A stretch of 63,849 bases of DNA, counting the filler, from Welwitschia mirabilis (Eukaryota): assembly GCA_051453625.1 (NCBI GenBank). It is 5 parts of one record of this genome, joined end to end, with 100 filler letters (N's around TTAATTAATTAA, not from the genome) between each part and the next. Parts side by side here need not be neighbours in the genome. Positions count along the whole stretch, not along the records: positions 46,865 to 57,187 come from JBOZIK010000001.1; positions 57,288 to 62,477 come from JBOZIK010000001.1; positions 62,578 to 63,849 come from JBOZIK010000001.1; 2 more parts are not named here. One strand, given 5' to 3'. The notes under the pieces are model-generated. The model saw nothing but the letters and a program-made list of their open reading frames with translations. It was not told where the DNA came from and did no database searches. The first letter of the stretch is position 1, and every line of letters starts with the position of its first letter. Below are positions 50,587-63,517 of this stretch, piece by piece. The translations under genes and the position numbers were made by a program.

Positions 50587-51621
50587 NNNNNNNNNNNNNN
50601 NNNNNNNNNNNNNNNNNNNNNNNNNNNNNNNNNNNNNNNNNNNNNNNNNNNNNNNNNNNNNNNNNNNNNNNNNNNNNNNNNNNNNNNNNNNNNNNNNNNN
50701 NNNNNNNNNNNNNNNNNNNNNNNNNNNNNNNNNNNNNNNNNNNNNNNNNNNNNNNNNNNNNNNNNNNNNNNNNNNNNNNNNNNNNNNNNNNNNNNNNNNN
50801 NNNNNNNNNNNNNNNNNNNNNNNNNNNNNNNNNNNNNNNNNNNNNNNNNNNNNNNNNNNNNNNNNNNNNNNNNNNNNNNNNNNNNNNNNNNNNNNNNNNN
50901 NNNNNNNNNNNNNNNNNNNNNNNNNNNNNNNNNNNNNNNNNNNNNNNNNNNNNNNNNNNNNNNNNNNNNNNNNNNNNNNNNNNNNNNNNNNNNNNNNNNN
51001 NNNNNNNNNNNNNNNNNNNNNNNNNNNNNNNNNNNNNNNNNNNNNNNNNNNNNNNNNNNNNNNNNNNNNNNNNNNNNNNNNNNNNNNNNNNNNNNNNNNN
51101 NNNNNNNNNNNNNNNNNNNNNNNNNNNNNNNNNNNNNNNNNNNNNNNNNNNNNNNNNNNNNNNNNNNNNNNNNNNNNNNNNNNNNNNNNNNNNNNNNNNN
51201 NNNNNNNNNNNNNNNNNNNNNNNNNNNNNNNNNNNNNNNNNNNNNNNNNNNNNNCACATAGAAACTAGAAAAAAAGAAATAGAACAGAAACCAAAATAGA
51301 AAGTAGTAAACACAGAAAACAGGACTATCATCCTTCTACTCATCTGGACGTCTTCGAAGATGATAGAAACTAATTTATTTTAGAAAAATTTCAATCAAAA
51401 TAAAAAAATAAAAGTAAAAATGACACACTATTATCCTAACTATTATGCAGATGATAAAGGAGATGGCCATACTTTTCTTTTACAGAAAACTGAAACTGAA
51501 AAAACTGCACATGAAAAACCTATAGCTCCTAATAAAATACAATGATACATAGATAAATAATTAAACAAAGTTCTGATATATTCATCCAAATAATGAAAAC
51601 CCTTGTATTTCTTAATAACCT

Positions 51622-51639
51622 TCTTTAGCAATAATACCA
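51622..51639 (-). promoter_or_regulatory. Degenerate Asp-tRNA PBS
   Basis: tctttagcaataatacca, 3 nt from TGTTGCGGTG. Confidence 0.75.
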
Positions 51640-51642
51640 AAA

Positions 51643-53537
51643 TGTTGCGGTGTGTATTTATACAAGTTTTTACATTTAAAAAGATCTTAACCAAAATAGA
51701 TATCTTACACAAAACATCATACTAGTATAGTGAGAGTAGATTCAAAATATCATATTCATGTTAAAGTCTATGAGTATGAGACTTAGATTACTTTGTAAAA
51801 GAATACTAGGAACCAAAATAAATAATAAATGTAAAGAAATAAAGTACAATGCACAATGCAAGATGCAATTATTCTAAATGAAAATGCAAAATGAACTATC
51901 TCTACTTACTTTCAGCCTCAATAAAGGCTACCTTTGATAATCTATATTACTCAACAAATTATCACTAGATCAAGAGCAATATAGACTATAAGGGTAATCN
52001 NNNNNNNNNNNNNNNNNNNNNNNNNNNNNNNNNNNNNNNNNNNNNNNNNNNNNNNNNNNNNNNNNNNNNNNNNNNNNNNNNNNNNNNNNNNNNNNNNNNA
52101 AACCTTTGTATTTCTTAAGAACCTTCCTTAGTAATAGTGTCAAAATGTTGCAGTGTGTATTTATACAAGTTTTTACATTTAAAAAGATCTTAACTAAAAT
52201 AGATATCTTACACAAAACATCATACTAGTATAGTGAGAGTAGATTTAAAATATCATATTCATGTTGAAGTCTATGAGTATGAGACTTAGGTTACTTTGTA
52301 AAAGAATACTAGAAACCAAAATAAATAACAAATGCAAAGAAATAAAGTACAATGCACAATGCAAGATGTAATTATTCTAAATGCAAATGCAAAATAAACT
52401 ATTTCTACTTACTTTCAGCCTTAACAAAGGCTACTTTTGATAATCTATATTACTTAATAAATTGTCACTAGATCAAGAGCAACATATACTATAAGGGTAA
52501 TCAGAAAATCTACAATGTAAATATAAAAACAAAACAAAGTTTATATTAAGAAAAAGTAATAAGCATCTTGCTTACNNNNNNNNNNATAGCTAGGTCTCAA
52601 TGGAGGATACACATCCCTTTACTAAATACACATTTTTTTACAACACTCAAGATGGATCTTCCACCCTTCAACCTCTTGTCATAAAGATTTTTGAGTCAAT
52701 GAAGATAAGAAGAAGAGTCAAAGGAGGTTTTATTTATAATAAATCATAGCAGAAAAAGATAAATAATAGATATGGAAATGCATGTTTATTTATAATTTAA
52801 AAATGGATGAAATAGTTATAGGTTACTGTTAGAGTCGGTTACATGTCAATTTTATCTGGGATGTCATCTAGATGATAAGGGGGATAACAGCACATTATAA
52901 ATAATGATTCAGAATGATGACTCAGTAGTGATTCATTGGTCCACATTAGCAGTCATCGTCTTACCTATCATGAAGACGACTAAGGGGATGATAGTATTCC
53001 TTGATTATTTCCTTGAAGAGAACTTATCATTTTTGTCATTAATCCTTCCTCAAAGCTTTATGCATTAGAAATTTCCTTTAATACATCAAATTTGGATAAG
53101 AATTACACTTTTCCAAGATTTCCTCTTGTATCTCTAAAATCCTCAGAATTGCACCTAAACGTATATAAAAGTCCTATAAAATAACTCATGAAATTCCATT
53201 AAATAATCATANNNNNNNNNNNNNNNNNNNNNNNNNNNNNNNNNNNNNNNNNNNNNNNNNNNNNNNNNNNNNNNNNNNNNNNNNNNNNNNNNNNNNNNNN
53301 NNNNNNNNNNNGATTATTTCCTTGAAGAAAACTTAGCATTTTTGTAATTAATCCTTCTCCAAAGCTTTGTGTATTAGAAAGTTCCTTTAATACATCAAAT
53401 TTGGATAAGAATTACACTTTTTCAAGATTTCCTTTTGTATCTCCAAAATCCTTATAATTGCACCTAAACCTAATATAAAAGTCCAACAAAATAACTCATG
53501 AAATCCCATTAAATAACCAAAAATTTACATCACAATA
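51643..53537 (-). repeat. 5' LTR (two segments duplicated across gaps)
   Basis: TGTTGCGGTGTGTATTT...AAATTTACATCACAATA termini; edge repeated at 52146. Confidence 0.85.
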
Positions 53538-56388
53538 CTATCCAAACAAGATTATTTACCTTTATAGGGTAACACATTGTTTTCACTTATTGTTTGTATT
53601 GTGTGCTCTTTTTATTATAAACTATCTCTTCTTTTTCTATTCCCTTTTTTACTTAATAATTCCACCTTCCTAGGTCTACCTTCTTGCTTCTTGTATAATT
53701 TGAAAGGATTACCACATATCAAGAAATCTTTTGATGTCTTTTTCTTGGATCCTAAGTGAAGATTCCAAAAAGAAACACCACTCTTAACCATTAGGTCTAC
53801 TTTTACACTTTGATGTGATTCTTGAGATTACCTACACTAGTTTGAAGTTAAAAGGTTTGATTTTTCAGGTTAAAAAGAGAATGCCATCAAACTCTAAATA
53901 GAAAAAGGTATGTTATCAACATAAACAATAATTTTTAAAAGAGATAATTCAAGAAGGTGTTTAAATTTATAATTTAATGACTCGATGTGAGTAACTTTTT
54001 ATTAAGAATGAATTTGATGAATCTAATTTGATAAAATATTTTAGTTCATATTTTAAAAATATCTCATTATCTATTAAACCATCTTCTATAATTTTCAAAC
54101 ACCCTCTCGAAACAAAAATCACCTCTTCCTATACAAGTCCTTCTAGGCCTAATTTAAATTATTTTGAAAAATAAGTTTTAAATTCTTATTCATTAAATAG
54201 AAAACATGCAAGTCATAATTCTAAAACTCCCACAATGTTCATAATTTTTAGTGGTGTTGTCCAACCAACTTTTAAAGATAAATATAAATCAAAACTTAGA
54301 GAGACTTACAATACCTTTGATGTTCCTATTGGATATGACATAAAAATCAAAAACNNNNNNNNNNNNNNNNNNNNNNNNNNNNNNNNNNNNNNNNNNNNNN
54401 NNNNNNNNNNNNNNNNNNNNNNNNNNNNNNNNNNNNNNNNNNNNNNNNNNNNNNNNNNNNNNNNNNNNNNNNNNNNNNNNNNNNNNNNNNNNNNNNNNNN
54501 NNNNNNNNNNNNNNNNNNNNNNNNNNNNNNNNNNNNNNNNNNNNNNNNNNNNNNNNNNNNNNNNNNNNNNNNNNNNNNNNNNNNNNNNNNNNNNNNNNNN
54601 NNNNNNNNNNNNNNNNNNNNNNNNNNNNNNNNNNNNNNNNNNNNNNNNNNNNNNNNNNNNNNNNNNNNNNNNNNNNNNNNNNNNNNNNNNNNNNNNNNNN
54701 NNNNNNNNNNNNNNNNNNNNNNNNNNNNNNNNNNNNNNNNNNNNNNNNNNNNNNNNNNNNNNNNNNNNNNNNNNNNNNNNNNNNNNNNNNNNNNNNNNNN
54801 NNNNNNNNNNNNNNNNNNNNNNNNNNNNNNNNNNNNNNNNNNNNNNNNNNNNNNNNNNNNNNNNNNNNNNNNNNNNNNNNNNNNNNNNNNNNNNNNNNNN
54901 NNNNNNNNNNNNNNNNNNNNNNNNNNNNNNNNNNNNNNNNNNNNNATCCCACAAAAGTCTTAAAACTTGAAAGGATATAAAAAAAAGCTTTATCAAATTA
55001 TTCCTTAGTTGGAATACTTTGAAGCAAAGACATCATGAGGTTATCATTTTTCAATAAAAAGAAAATGAATATTATGCTTCATCTTGGAAAATATTCCTAA
55101 TTCTAGTTTTAGCCAATCCCATAGATGAATTCAAGTAAGAAGAATTAATATACCATTTTTACAATGGACTAACTAGTGTAACAAAACAAATGGTGGATAT
55201 TTCTTGTGGAGGGAGTTTATTTCAACACATAAGTAATGAAGCATGACAATATTTATAGGACCTAATTGAACTTAGTAAAGCATGGCCTAAACAAANNNNN
55301 NNNNNNNNNNNNNNNNNNNNNNNNNNNNNNNNNNNNNNNNNNNNNNNNNNNNNNNNNNNNNNNNNNNNNNNNNNNNNNNNNNNNNNNNNNNNNNNATTTA
55401 TAGGACCTAATTGAACTTAGTAAAGCATGGCCTAAACAAAGATAATAAAAAACCCTTGAGCAATCATTAAGAGAAATATATCACATAAAACATTGAGAGG
55501 GTAAATAGAAAAAAATCATTTACAAAGATGAAGAAAGTAATGACAATGATAACCCACTTGTAAAAAACAAAAAAAAAAGAAAAAGAAAAAGGATGAAAGA
55601 AATCAAAGAAGTGAATTAGCCAAAGCCCACATCACATCTACTTCTACTTGTGAATTATGCAGAANNNNNNNNNNNNNNNNNNNNNNNNNNNNNNNNNNNN
55701 NNNNNNNNNNNNNNNNNNNNNNNNNNNNNNNNNNNNNNNNNNNNNNNNNNNNNNNNNNNNNNNNNNNNNNNNNNNNNNNNNNNNNNNNNNNNNNNNNNNN
55801 NNNNNNNNNNNNNNNNNNNNNNNNNNNNNNNNNNNNNNNNNNNNNNNNNNNNNNNNNNNNNGAAGAATACAATCAACCTAAGGAGGATCTAATTAAGAAA
55901 GCTATGATATAAATAAGAAACATCCATGAATAAACTCATAAGAGTATTGAACAAACCCAAAAAATATTACAAGATTTGGCTAAAGTCATGAAACAAATCA
56001 TGTTAGCAAACCAAAGATCACAAGGTGCATTAGCTTCTAACACCTTTCCTAACACAAATAATGTAAAGCAAGATTAGAATGTAGTCACCTAAAGAGGCAC
56101 TATTATTACACCTAAAGATCCATCTAATAATGATAACATTGAAGAAAATAAGGATGAAGATGTAGAATTCCTTGATGAGACACAATTTTCTTCTACTTTT
56201 ACTCCAACAAACAAAAATGAATCATCAAAGAAAGGAAGAAAACATCTTACTCTTTGATTAGATAGACTCAACTTAATCTAACACATGATGAATACATCAA
56301 AATCATAATGAAATATGTCAACATTAGACTACCATTTTAGTGTATACTTTAAGACAATCCTAAGTATGCTAAAGTGTAGGAGGACATT
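53538..56388 (+). mobile_element. Plus-strand Athila copy of the E3 family: leader and gag remnant, interrupted on the left by the 51643-53537 LTR
   Basis: Homologous to the reverse complement of 8320-11065; YHFYNGLTSVTKQMVDISCGGSLF at 55150-55222; QIMLANQRSQGAL. Confidence 0.82.
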
Positions 56389-57187
56389 NNNNNNNNNNNN
56401 NNNNNNNNNNNNNNNNNNNNNNNNNNNNNNNNNNNNNNNNNNNNNNNNNNNNNNNNNNNNNNNNNNNNNNNNNNNNNNNNNNNNNNNNNNNNNNNNNNNN
56501 NNNNNNNNNNNNNNNNNNNNNNNNNNNNNNNNNNNNNNNNNNNNNNNNNNNNNNNNNNNNNNNNNNNNNNNNNNNNNNNNNNNNNNNNNNNNNNNNNNNN
56601 NNNNNNNNNNNNNNNNNNNNNNNNNNNNNNNNNNNNNNNNNNNNNNNNNNNNNNNNNNNNNNNNNNNNNNNNNNNNNNNNNNNNNNNNNNNNNNNNNNNN
56701 NNNNNNNNNNNNNNNNNNNNNNNNNNNNNNNNNNNNNNNNNNNNNNNNNNNNNNNNNNNNNNNNNNNNNNNNNNNNNNNNNNNNNNNNNNNNNNNNNNNN
56801 NNNNNNNNNNNNNNNNNNNNNNNNNNNNNNNNNNNNNNNNNNNNNNNNNNNNNNNNNNNNNNNNNNNNNNNNNNNNNNNNNNNNNNNNNNNNNNNNNNNN
56901 NNNNNNNNNNNNNNNNNNNNNTATTAGATAAACTAAGTTTATATCTCATCATTCACTTAAATTCAAGGCCCTCACCTATGAAATACTAAATATTTTTGAT
57001 GATATGAAGGAATTTTCAACAACCTTAGATAGTCTTAATTACATTAACCCTTATAAACTTAACATTATTAAGGAATCCTTAATGGAAGAAATCTTTGACA
57101 GCATCACAACCTAAGACATCGAAGAAGAAAAAGTCATGAAAACAATCTTTAATAAGAATGGTTATGCAACCCCTCATAGGCATGAAG

Positions 57188-57287
57188 NNNNNNNNNNNNN
57201 NNNNNNNNNNNNNNNNNNNNNNNNNNNNNNNTTAATTAATTAANNNNNNNNNNNNNNNNNNNNNNNNNNNNNNNNNNNNNNNNNNNN
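57188..57287. other. Artificial scaffold linker
   Basis: TTAATTAATTAA at 57232-57243 within 44N+44N. Confidence 0.95.
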
Positions 57288-58477
57288 TTGTTAGCTCATC
57301 TTTGATCATCTTTTAATGAGTGGGATGTTAAAGTTTGATTTAAAATCTCATCTTTTATTTAAAAGCAAGAATCATTGTCTAAGTTCTCATCATTTTCCTT
57401 AAGGTAGGATGTAGTAGGATAGGTTTGAGAATGTTGTATTGCAAAAGAACCTTATTTTTATAACATTGTTTGTTAAATAATTCTAATCAAATGTTTTAAA
57501 TTTTTGTTGGTATTTTCTTATCTCTTTTTTATTTTGTCATTTGTTTCTTTCATTGAATTATATTTTTCCTCATAGTAGTTCATAGAAAATGGATATTATT
57601 TATAGTAATCCATGGGAGATGGTTGGGATCAATTAAAATAATTATACAATGTCTCTCTAAAAGAGGTTAAATGCCTAAAATGTTAAAAATTTTCATTGCC
57701 CTTTCTATATAAAGTTTAAAAAGAAGAAGAGAAAAAAGTAAGAAGGTTAAAAAGAGGAATTCCTAATCTCAAAGTCATTTGATATTATTTTTCCTCTTTT
57801 TATAAAAAGTTCTTAAAGTGTTTTCTTATCATTATCCTCATGATTTCTCAAGTTTCTTCTNNNNNNNNNNNNNNNNNNNNNNNNNNNNNNNNNNNNNNNN
57901 NNNNNNNNNNNNNNNNNNNNNNNNNNNNNNNNNNNNNNNNNNNNNNNNNNNNNNNNNNNNNNNNNNNNNNNNNNNNNNNNNNNNNNNNNNNNNNNNNNNN
58001 NNNNNNNNNNNNNNNNNNNNNNNNNNNNNNNNNNNNNNNNNNNNNNNNNNNNNNNNNNNNNNNNNNNNNNNNNNNNNNNNNNNNNNNNNNNATAAATAGT
58101 TATTTGTAAAATTAAAAAAACTTGTGACAAAATCAAAAACAGAAGTAAAACTACTGAGAGTCATCCACCTAGTCATCTAGATAACATAGAGGATGATGTT
58201 AACTTTATTACATTATCAAAAAATAAGAAAATATATCACAAAAAGAATAGAAAAATAGAATTTTAAGCCATTGTTAATACCATTCTATAGATAACAGATA
58301 GGACAACAGGCTTACTAAATGTACAAAAAAATAAAAATTATAAAAAATAAATCTATGAAATCTCTAGTAAAAATATAGAACTTTACAGATAAATAACTTA
58401 AATTGGAATCCAAGGTACTTATTTGAATAGTGAAAATTCTCTAGCTTCTTAAGGCCTTTTTTAACAATGATACTAAA
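57288..58477 (-). mobile_element. Third copy of the E1/E2-type derivative: ORF remnant, leader and PBS (58458-58475)
   Basis: Bases 57310-57860 are collinear with 720-1290 and 4995-5590. Confidence 0.75.
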
Positions 58478-59735
58478 TGTGGTGATGTGAATTTATGCAT
58501 TTACCAAATCCTTTTACCAAATCCTTAAGTAGATCTTGTAAATCACAATGCTTATAGAAAGACACATATTAGTAAGACATAAGTTAACTCAAATGTCATA
58601 ATTTATTAAAGGCACTAGGCTAGAATTTAGAGAACTAATTTTAATAAACTGTTTTTAGTCTTTTTTCTTTAGTAAATGAAAATAAACAAAAATGGAAATG
58701 CAATGCAAGATTGATAATAATGTATTGCTTATAGATGAAATGCAAAATGTAATAACTTAAGTAATGAACTTATTTGACTACCAATCTTTTTGTTACAAAG
58801 ATTAGTCCTNNNNNNNNNNNNNNNNNNNNNNNNNNNNNNNNNNNNNNNNNNNNNNNNNNNNNNNNNNNNNNNNNNNNNNNNNNNNTGAATAAATAAAAAT
58901 ATGTATTAAAATGCAAAATTCAAAATAATAATATTAATCTTAACAAAGTTTGTCCTTATGATTTAGATAAACTATGAAGTCTTCATGGAATTATAATAAA
59001 CTTAAACCATATGGGAGGTTTACATAATAGAAGTGAAATAGTTCTTATACTAATTTTGAATTAACATACAGCTACAAATAAAGTAGTAGCACCTTAGTAG
59101 AGGATACTTAGTTCAACATTAAGAAATACTTCTTTCTATAGCTATGGATGGAATTTCAACCCTTTAATCTCCAATTATAGGACTTTTCAATACAAAAATT
59201 GGATTGGAGTGAGGACAAGATAGGTGTTTATAGTTTTAAATTAAATGTTTTAGAAATAAAACCCTAGAACTTAAAGAAGAAACCCTAACAACCCACATAG
59301 GGTATATGACTCCATTATAAGATAATTTAACTTTATTCATACAAAATAATTGTTATCTCAATTGTTGTCCTAATGACATTGGGAATAATCCCTTATAATA
59401 AGGGATGAGTCATTAGCTTCTAGCCCCATATCTATTCCTATAGTCTCAAGTTTATGTTGACATCACTATCATCCCAACTGTTATTTGGATAACATAGGGA
59501 ATGATAGACTTCCTTACCTTTCCAGCTAACAAAAATCATTCGCTTGCATCATTTGTATTCTACTTAAAATTTTTAGAATATGTTTAAATGCCTCCAAATA
59601 TGCCAAGAATTGCATGTTTCCATGAATAGCCCATTGACTCTTCCTATTCATCAGAATTGTATCTAAACTTGTTTAAATATCTTATAAAAGTACTCAAAAG
59701 TCCCCATTAAATACATGTAAATTAGCATCTTAATA
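58478..59735 (-). repeat. 5' LTR, family-A-like
   Basis: TGTGGTGATGTGAATTT...AAATTAGCATCTTAATA termini; aligns to 2124-4129. Confidence 0.82.
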
Positions 59736-62477
59736 GTTAACAACTGCAAATGAAGTCATTAATATCAAAAATTATATCCTCACTTTATAATTTATAAGTA
59801 AAAATTTTGATGTAAAGGTTTATGATGCAACTAAAAAACATTTAAGAATGGATAATGTAGAGGAAGAATGAATGAGTAACTTAAGTAATATAGGAGCTTA
59901 GTACTTCATAAATAATAAGAGTGAAGAGAAACTTCTTTTGATAATGGAGGAACTAAATCATTATTGTTGGACATCTTCATAATTACAATTTCTTAAAAAC
60001 TACCTAGATTCCTCTAATGTAGTCAAGCTAAATTGTGATTAAAGAGATGCAAACAAACAATAATAGAAACCTATTCCAACCTTTGAAGAGGTATTTTGAA
60101 ATCTACCTAGTATTTAAATGAGGAAGAAAAAAATACAAACTCACAAATTTAATAGAAAAAGATACCAATAGAATTTCAATTTAAGGAATTACTTTAGCAC
60201 CTTAAATATATATGTGTGAATGAGAATATTTCTCAACTTTGATGATTACTTCCAAATTAAATGTTAAATAGAAGAAAATATTATTTCACTACTATAAAAA
60301 AGAAAAAATCTAAAGCATTTGCTTGGAATTATAGAGATCTAATACATATTTCTCCACATATACTACATCAAAAAAATTTATTTAGAGAATAAAGTATAAC
60401 CTATATGTCAATCCAAAAAAGATTAAACCTAGTCTTAAAATAGGTTATAAAGGAAGAGATCATTAAACCTATGGTGTAAATATCATTTATCTAATTATTA
60501 ATAGTGAGTGGATAAGTCTAATGACAATTATCCCTAAGAATGAAAATAAATAAAGAGCTTGTATAAAATTCCAATTACATAATAAAGTTATAAAGAAAGA
60601 TCATTTACCTCTACCATTCCTTAATCAAGAACTTGATAAGACACAAGAGTACAATGAGATAGGTATAGTGGTTATAATCAAATAACCTTTACTTCATCTT
60701 TTAGCAACTATGAATTTTGAAGGATGCCATTTGGATTGTGTAATGCTCTAAGAACATTTCAAAGAGTTATGCAAGGTATTTATACTAATATGTTTAATGA
60801 TTTTAGAAAAGTTTTCATGGATGATTTTTTAATATGAACTAACTTTTTTAACTTAATAAGTTTACACATAAAAAAATATCTTAAATAGATGTATTAAGAG
60901 TGGATTAAAACTGTGCTAGGAGAAATCTTTCTATATTATTACTAAAGGTATAGTTTTGGGCCATGTTGTTTTTAAAGAAGACATAGAGATGGATCCCTTA
61001 AAAATTAAGGTAATCCAAAATTTAAAACCTCCCAACTCTCTTAGATAATGAAGATCATTTCTTAGATATGTAAGTTTTTATAGAAGGTTTATTAAAGGTT
61101 ATTTAAAGATTTGTATGCTCTTGCAGAATTTGTTAGGAAAAGATATACTTTTTAATTGGACTTATAGTCACTAATAAACATTTGAAACCCTTAAGGAAAA
61201 GTTGATACCTACTCCTATATTACAAGGTCCTAATTGACAGTTTAATTTTGAATTAATAACCAATGCTAGTAATTATTAAATAGCAATTATCTTAGGATAG
61301 ACAATTAACAAGAAAATTCATATAATTGCTTACTTTAGTAGAATCATAAATCCAAATCAAACCAATTATTCAACTACTAAGAGAGAAATACTAGCCATTA
61401 AGCTATCATTAAACAAATTTAGATATTATCTTGTTGGCTTTTGCATTAATATTTAAATAGATCATGCAACCATTAAGTATATGTTGTCTAAATCCCAATT
61501 AAATTCTTGAGTTTTGAGGTGGATTCTCCTTTTATAGGAATTTGATATCTCAATCATTGACAAGAAAGGAAATGACAATATAGTGGTTGATCACTTTTTT
61601 CACTTACTAACCAAATCTAAAACATAGGATGATGAATCTTATAACCAATTTCCAGATGAACACATCTTCTCTTATCAAAATTCTAACACATCCTTTAAAG
61701 ACCCTTAGTATGCTAACATGGCAAATTACTTAGTGTGTCATCACAATCTTAGATACTAGATGTTCAATGAATGAAAAGTATTTCTACACTAATTTCTTAG
61801 ATGCTTTTGGATTTTACCATATTTATCCAAAATATTTTTATATTGCATCATTAGAAGATACACACTAGAATGGGAATAAAATGAAATATTACAATGTGTC
61901 ATGTAGAGATAGGTAGAGGACACTTTGATGAGAGGAAAATAGCTATAAAATTTTACATGTATGTTTTTATTAGCTCTATTTATTTCAAGATGCTTATGAA
62001 CTTGTGAAAAAATGTGATAAGTGTAAATATTATGTAGGAATTACATTGAGATATCACGCCACTTTAATCAATAATAGAATGTAAACCACTTAACTATTAG
62101 GGCATTGGTTTTATTGGCCCTCTAACACCTCCTTTATTTTAGAAATTTTATATTTTGGTTGCTATAGATTACATGATGAAATAGGCTAAAGCTATAATCA
62201 CAAGTTCCAATGACACTAACCCCATTTATAAATTTTTAAAAACTAATATTTTAAGCAAGTTTAAATCCTCACATTTTAATTTATGATCAAGGAACACATT
62301 TTATGAATAAAATAGTAAAAAGTTTGCTCATGGAAAAATGGCATCCAACACAGTGCAGCAAATGCATATTACCCTCAAACAAATGGATTGACTAAAAGAA
62401 TTAATTAAGAGCTAAAAAAGATGCTATAAAAAGTGGTTAATATCCACAGAACAAATTGAAGTCTTAAATTAGATGAG
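59736..62477 (+). pseudogene. pol: Plus-strand Athila pol remnant (RT, RNase H, integrase)
   Basis: KKDHLPLPFL, RRMPFGLCNALRTFQRVM, VFMDDF (60811-60828), GIVLGHVV, NYSTTKREIL, RWILLL*EFD, GIGFIGP, YDQGTHF and YYPQTNG; many stops. Confidence 0.92.
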
Positions 62478-62577
62478 NNNNNNNNNNNNNNNNNNNNNNN
62501 NNNNNNNNNNNNNNNNNNNNNTTAATTAATTAANNNNNNNNNNNNNNNNNNNNNNNNNNNNNNNNNNNNNNNNNNNN
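62478..62577. other. Artificial scaffold linker
   Basis: TTAATTAATTAA at 62522-62533 within 44N+44N. Confidence 0.95.
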
Positions 62578-63200
62578 CCGGACAGTGGTTTCGCTCATGA
62601 ATCATTTGACAAAGGCTTCTTGAACTTGGCTCCAGGATTTTAGGCTTTTATGAGGGATTATCCTAAGACAAATTTTAGCCTTATCTCGCAAAGTCATGAG
62701 AAAGATAATCATATAAGTTCTATCAGTTATGTATTTCTTATCATTACCAGATGTAACAATGAGTTGTTCTATTTCTGCAATGTGTTGTAGGGGGTCTTCA
62801 TCAAGTTCTCCTCTAAAGGTGGGATAAGCATTCAGGTTTTTTAGTTCTACACCATCGTCAGGAGATAAGTTAAAGGGGTTTTAAATTTTAAGTTATTTGT
62901 TTGCTATGAGATCTTTCAAAGTCACACAAGTATTTGGTTGAGAAGGAGTACGAGTAATAGTTCCAACGATGGATGGAGGATTCAATGAGATAGGTTATTT
63001 TTGATAAGAGATCGACATTATATTAGATTCTTCAAAATTAAAATCAAATTCACTTGCAGAATTATAATAAAAAATTTTAGAAAATTGTAAAGTTTACGTA
63101 CCTGGGCTGTTTTGATTTTTAAATTCAAAATTAAGCAAACCTTCTTGGATACTTTCTGCAATGAATTGTTGCTATCTCTGATATTTTTCACTTTTTCTGA
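62578..63200 (-). pseudogene. gag: gag 5' remnant of a less decayed Athila copy
   Basis: NPFNLSPDDGVELKNLNAYPTFRGELDEDPLQHIAE and TLRDKAKI on the minus strand. Confidence 0.85.
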
Positions 63201-63496
63201 TCTTAATCATTCAGTTTCAATGCTATCCTGTGCGTCATCCTGTCTGTCGTCTAGACGATACCTGAGAAGACAGAAGCAGAAAATACAGAAAAAACACAGA
63301 ACAAGGAAAAGTAGAAAAGGGAACTATCATACGAATGTGACGTCTAGATGACTTAGGAGACGTCAGTGATTAGTAAAAAATAAAATAAAAAAACTAAAAA
63401 TAAAAATACTTACAGAGGATAATGGTACACTGATGCTATAATAAACATCCGGAATATTCACTAAAGTAATGACAACTCTCAATTTTCAAGCAGCCT

Positions 63497-63514
63497 TCCC
63501 CAGCAACGGTGCTA
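63497..63514 (-). promoter_or_regulatory. Asp-tRNA PBS (best preserved copy)
   Basis: TCCCCAGCAACGGTGCTA, 15/18 identical to the tRNA-Asp 3' end. Confidence 0.9.
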
Positions 63515-63517
63515 ATT

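Noticed and set aside
53538..62477. One continuous plus-strand element joining gag (54100-56388) and pol (59736-62477)
   Set aside because: A scaffold linker at 57188-57287 separates them, so continuity cannot be supported
63497..63514. tRNA-Asp gene
   Set aside because: Only the 3'-terminal 18 nt are present, next to an LTR; this is a PBS
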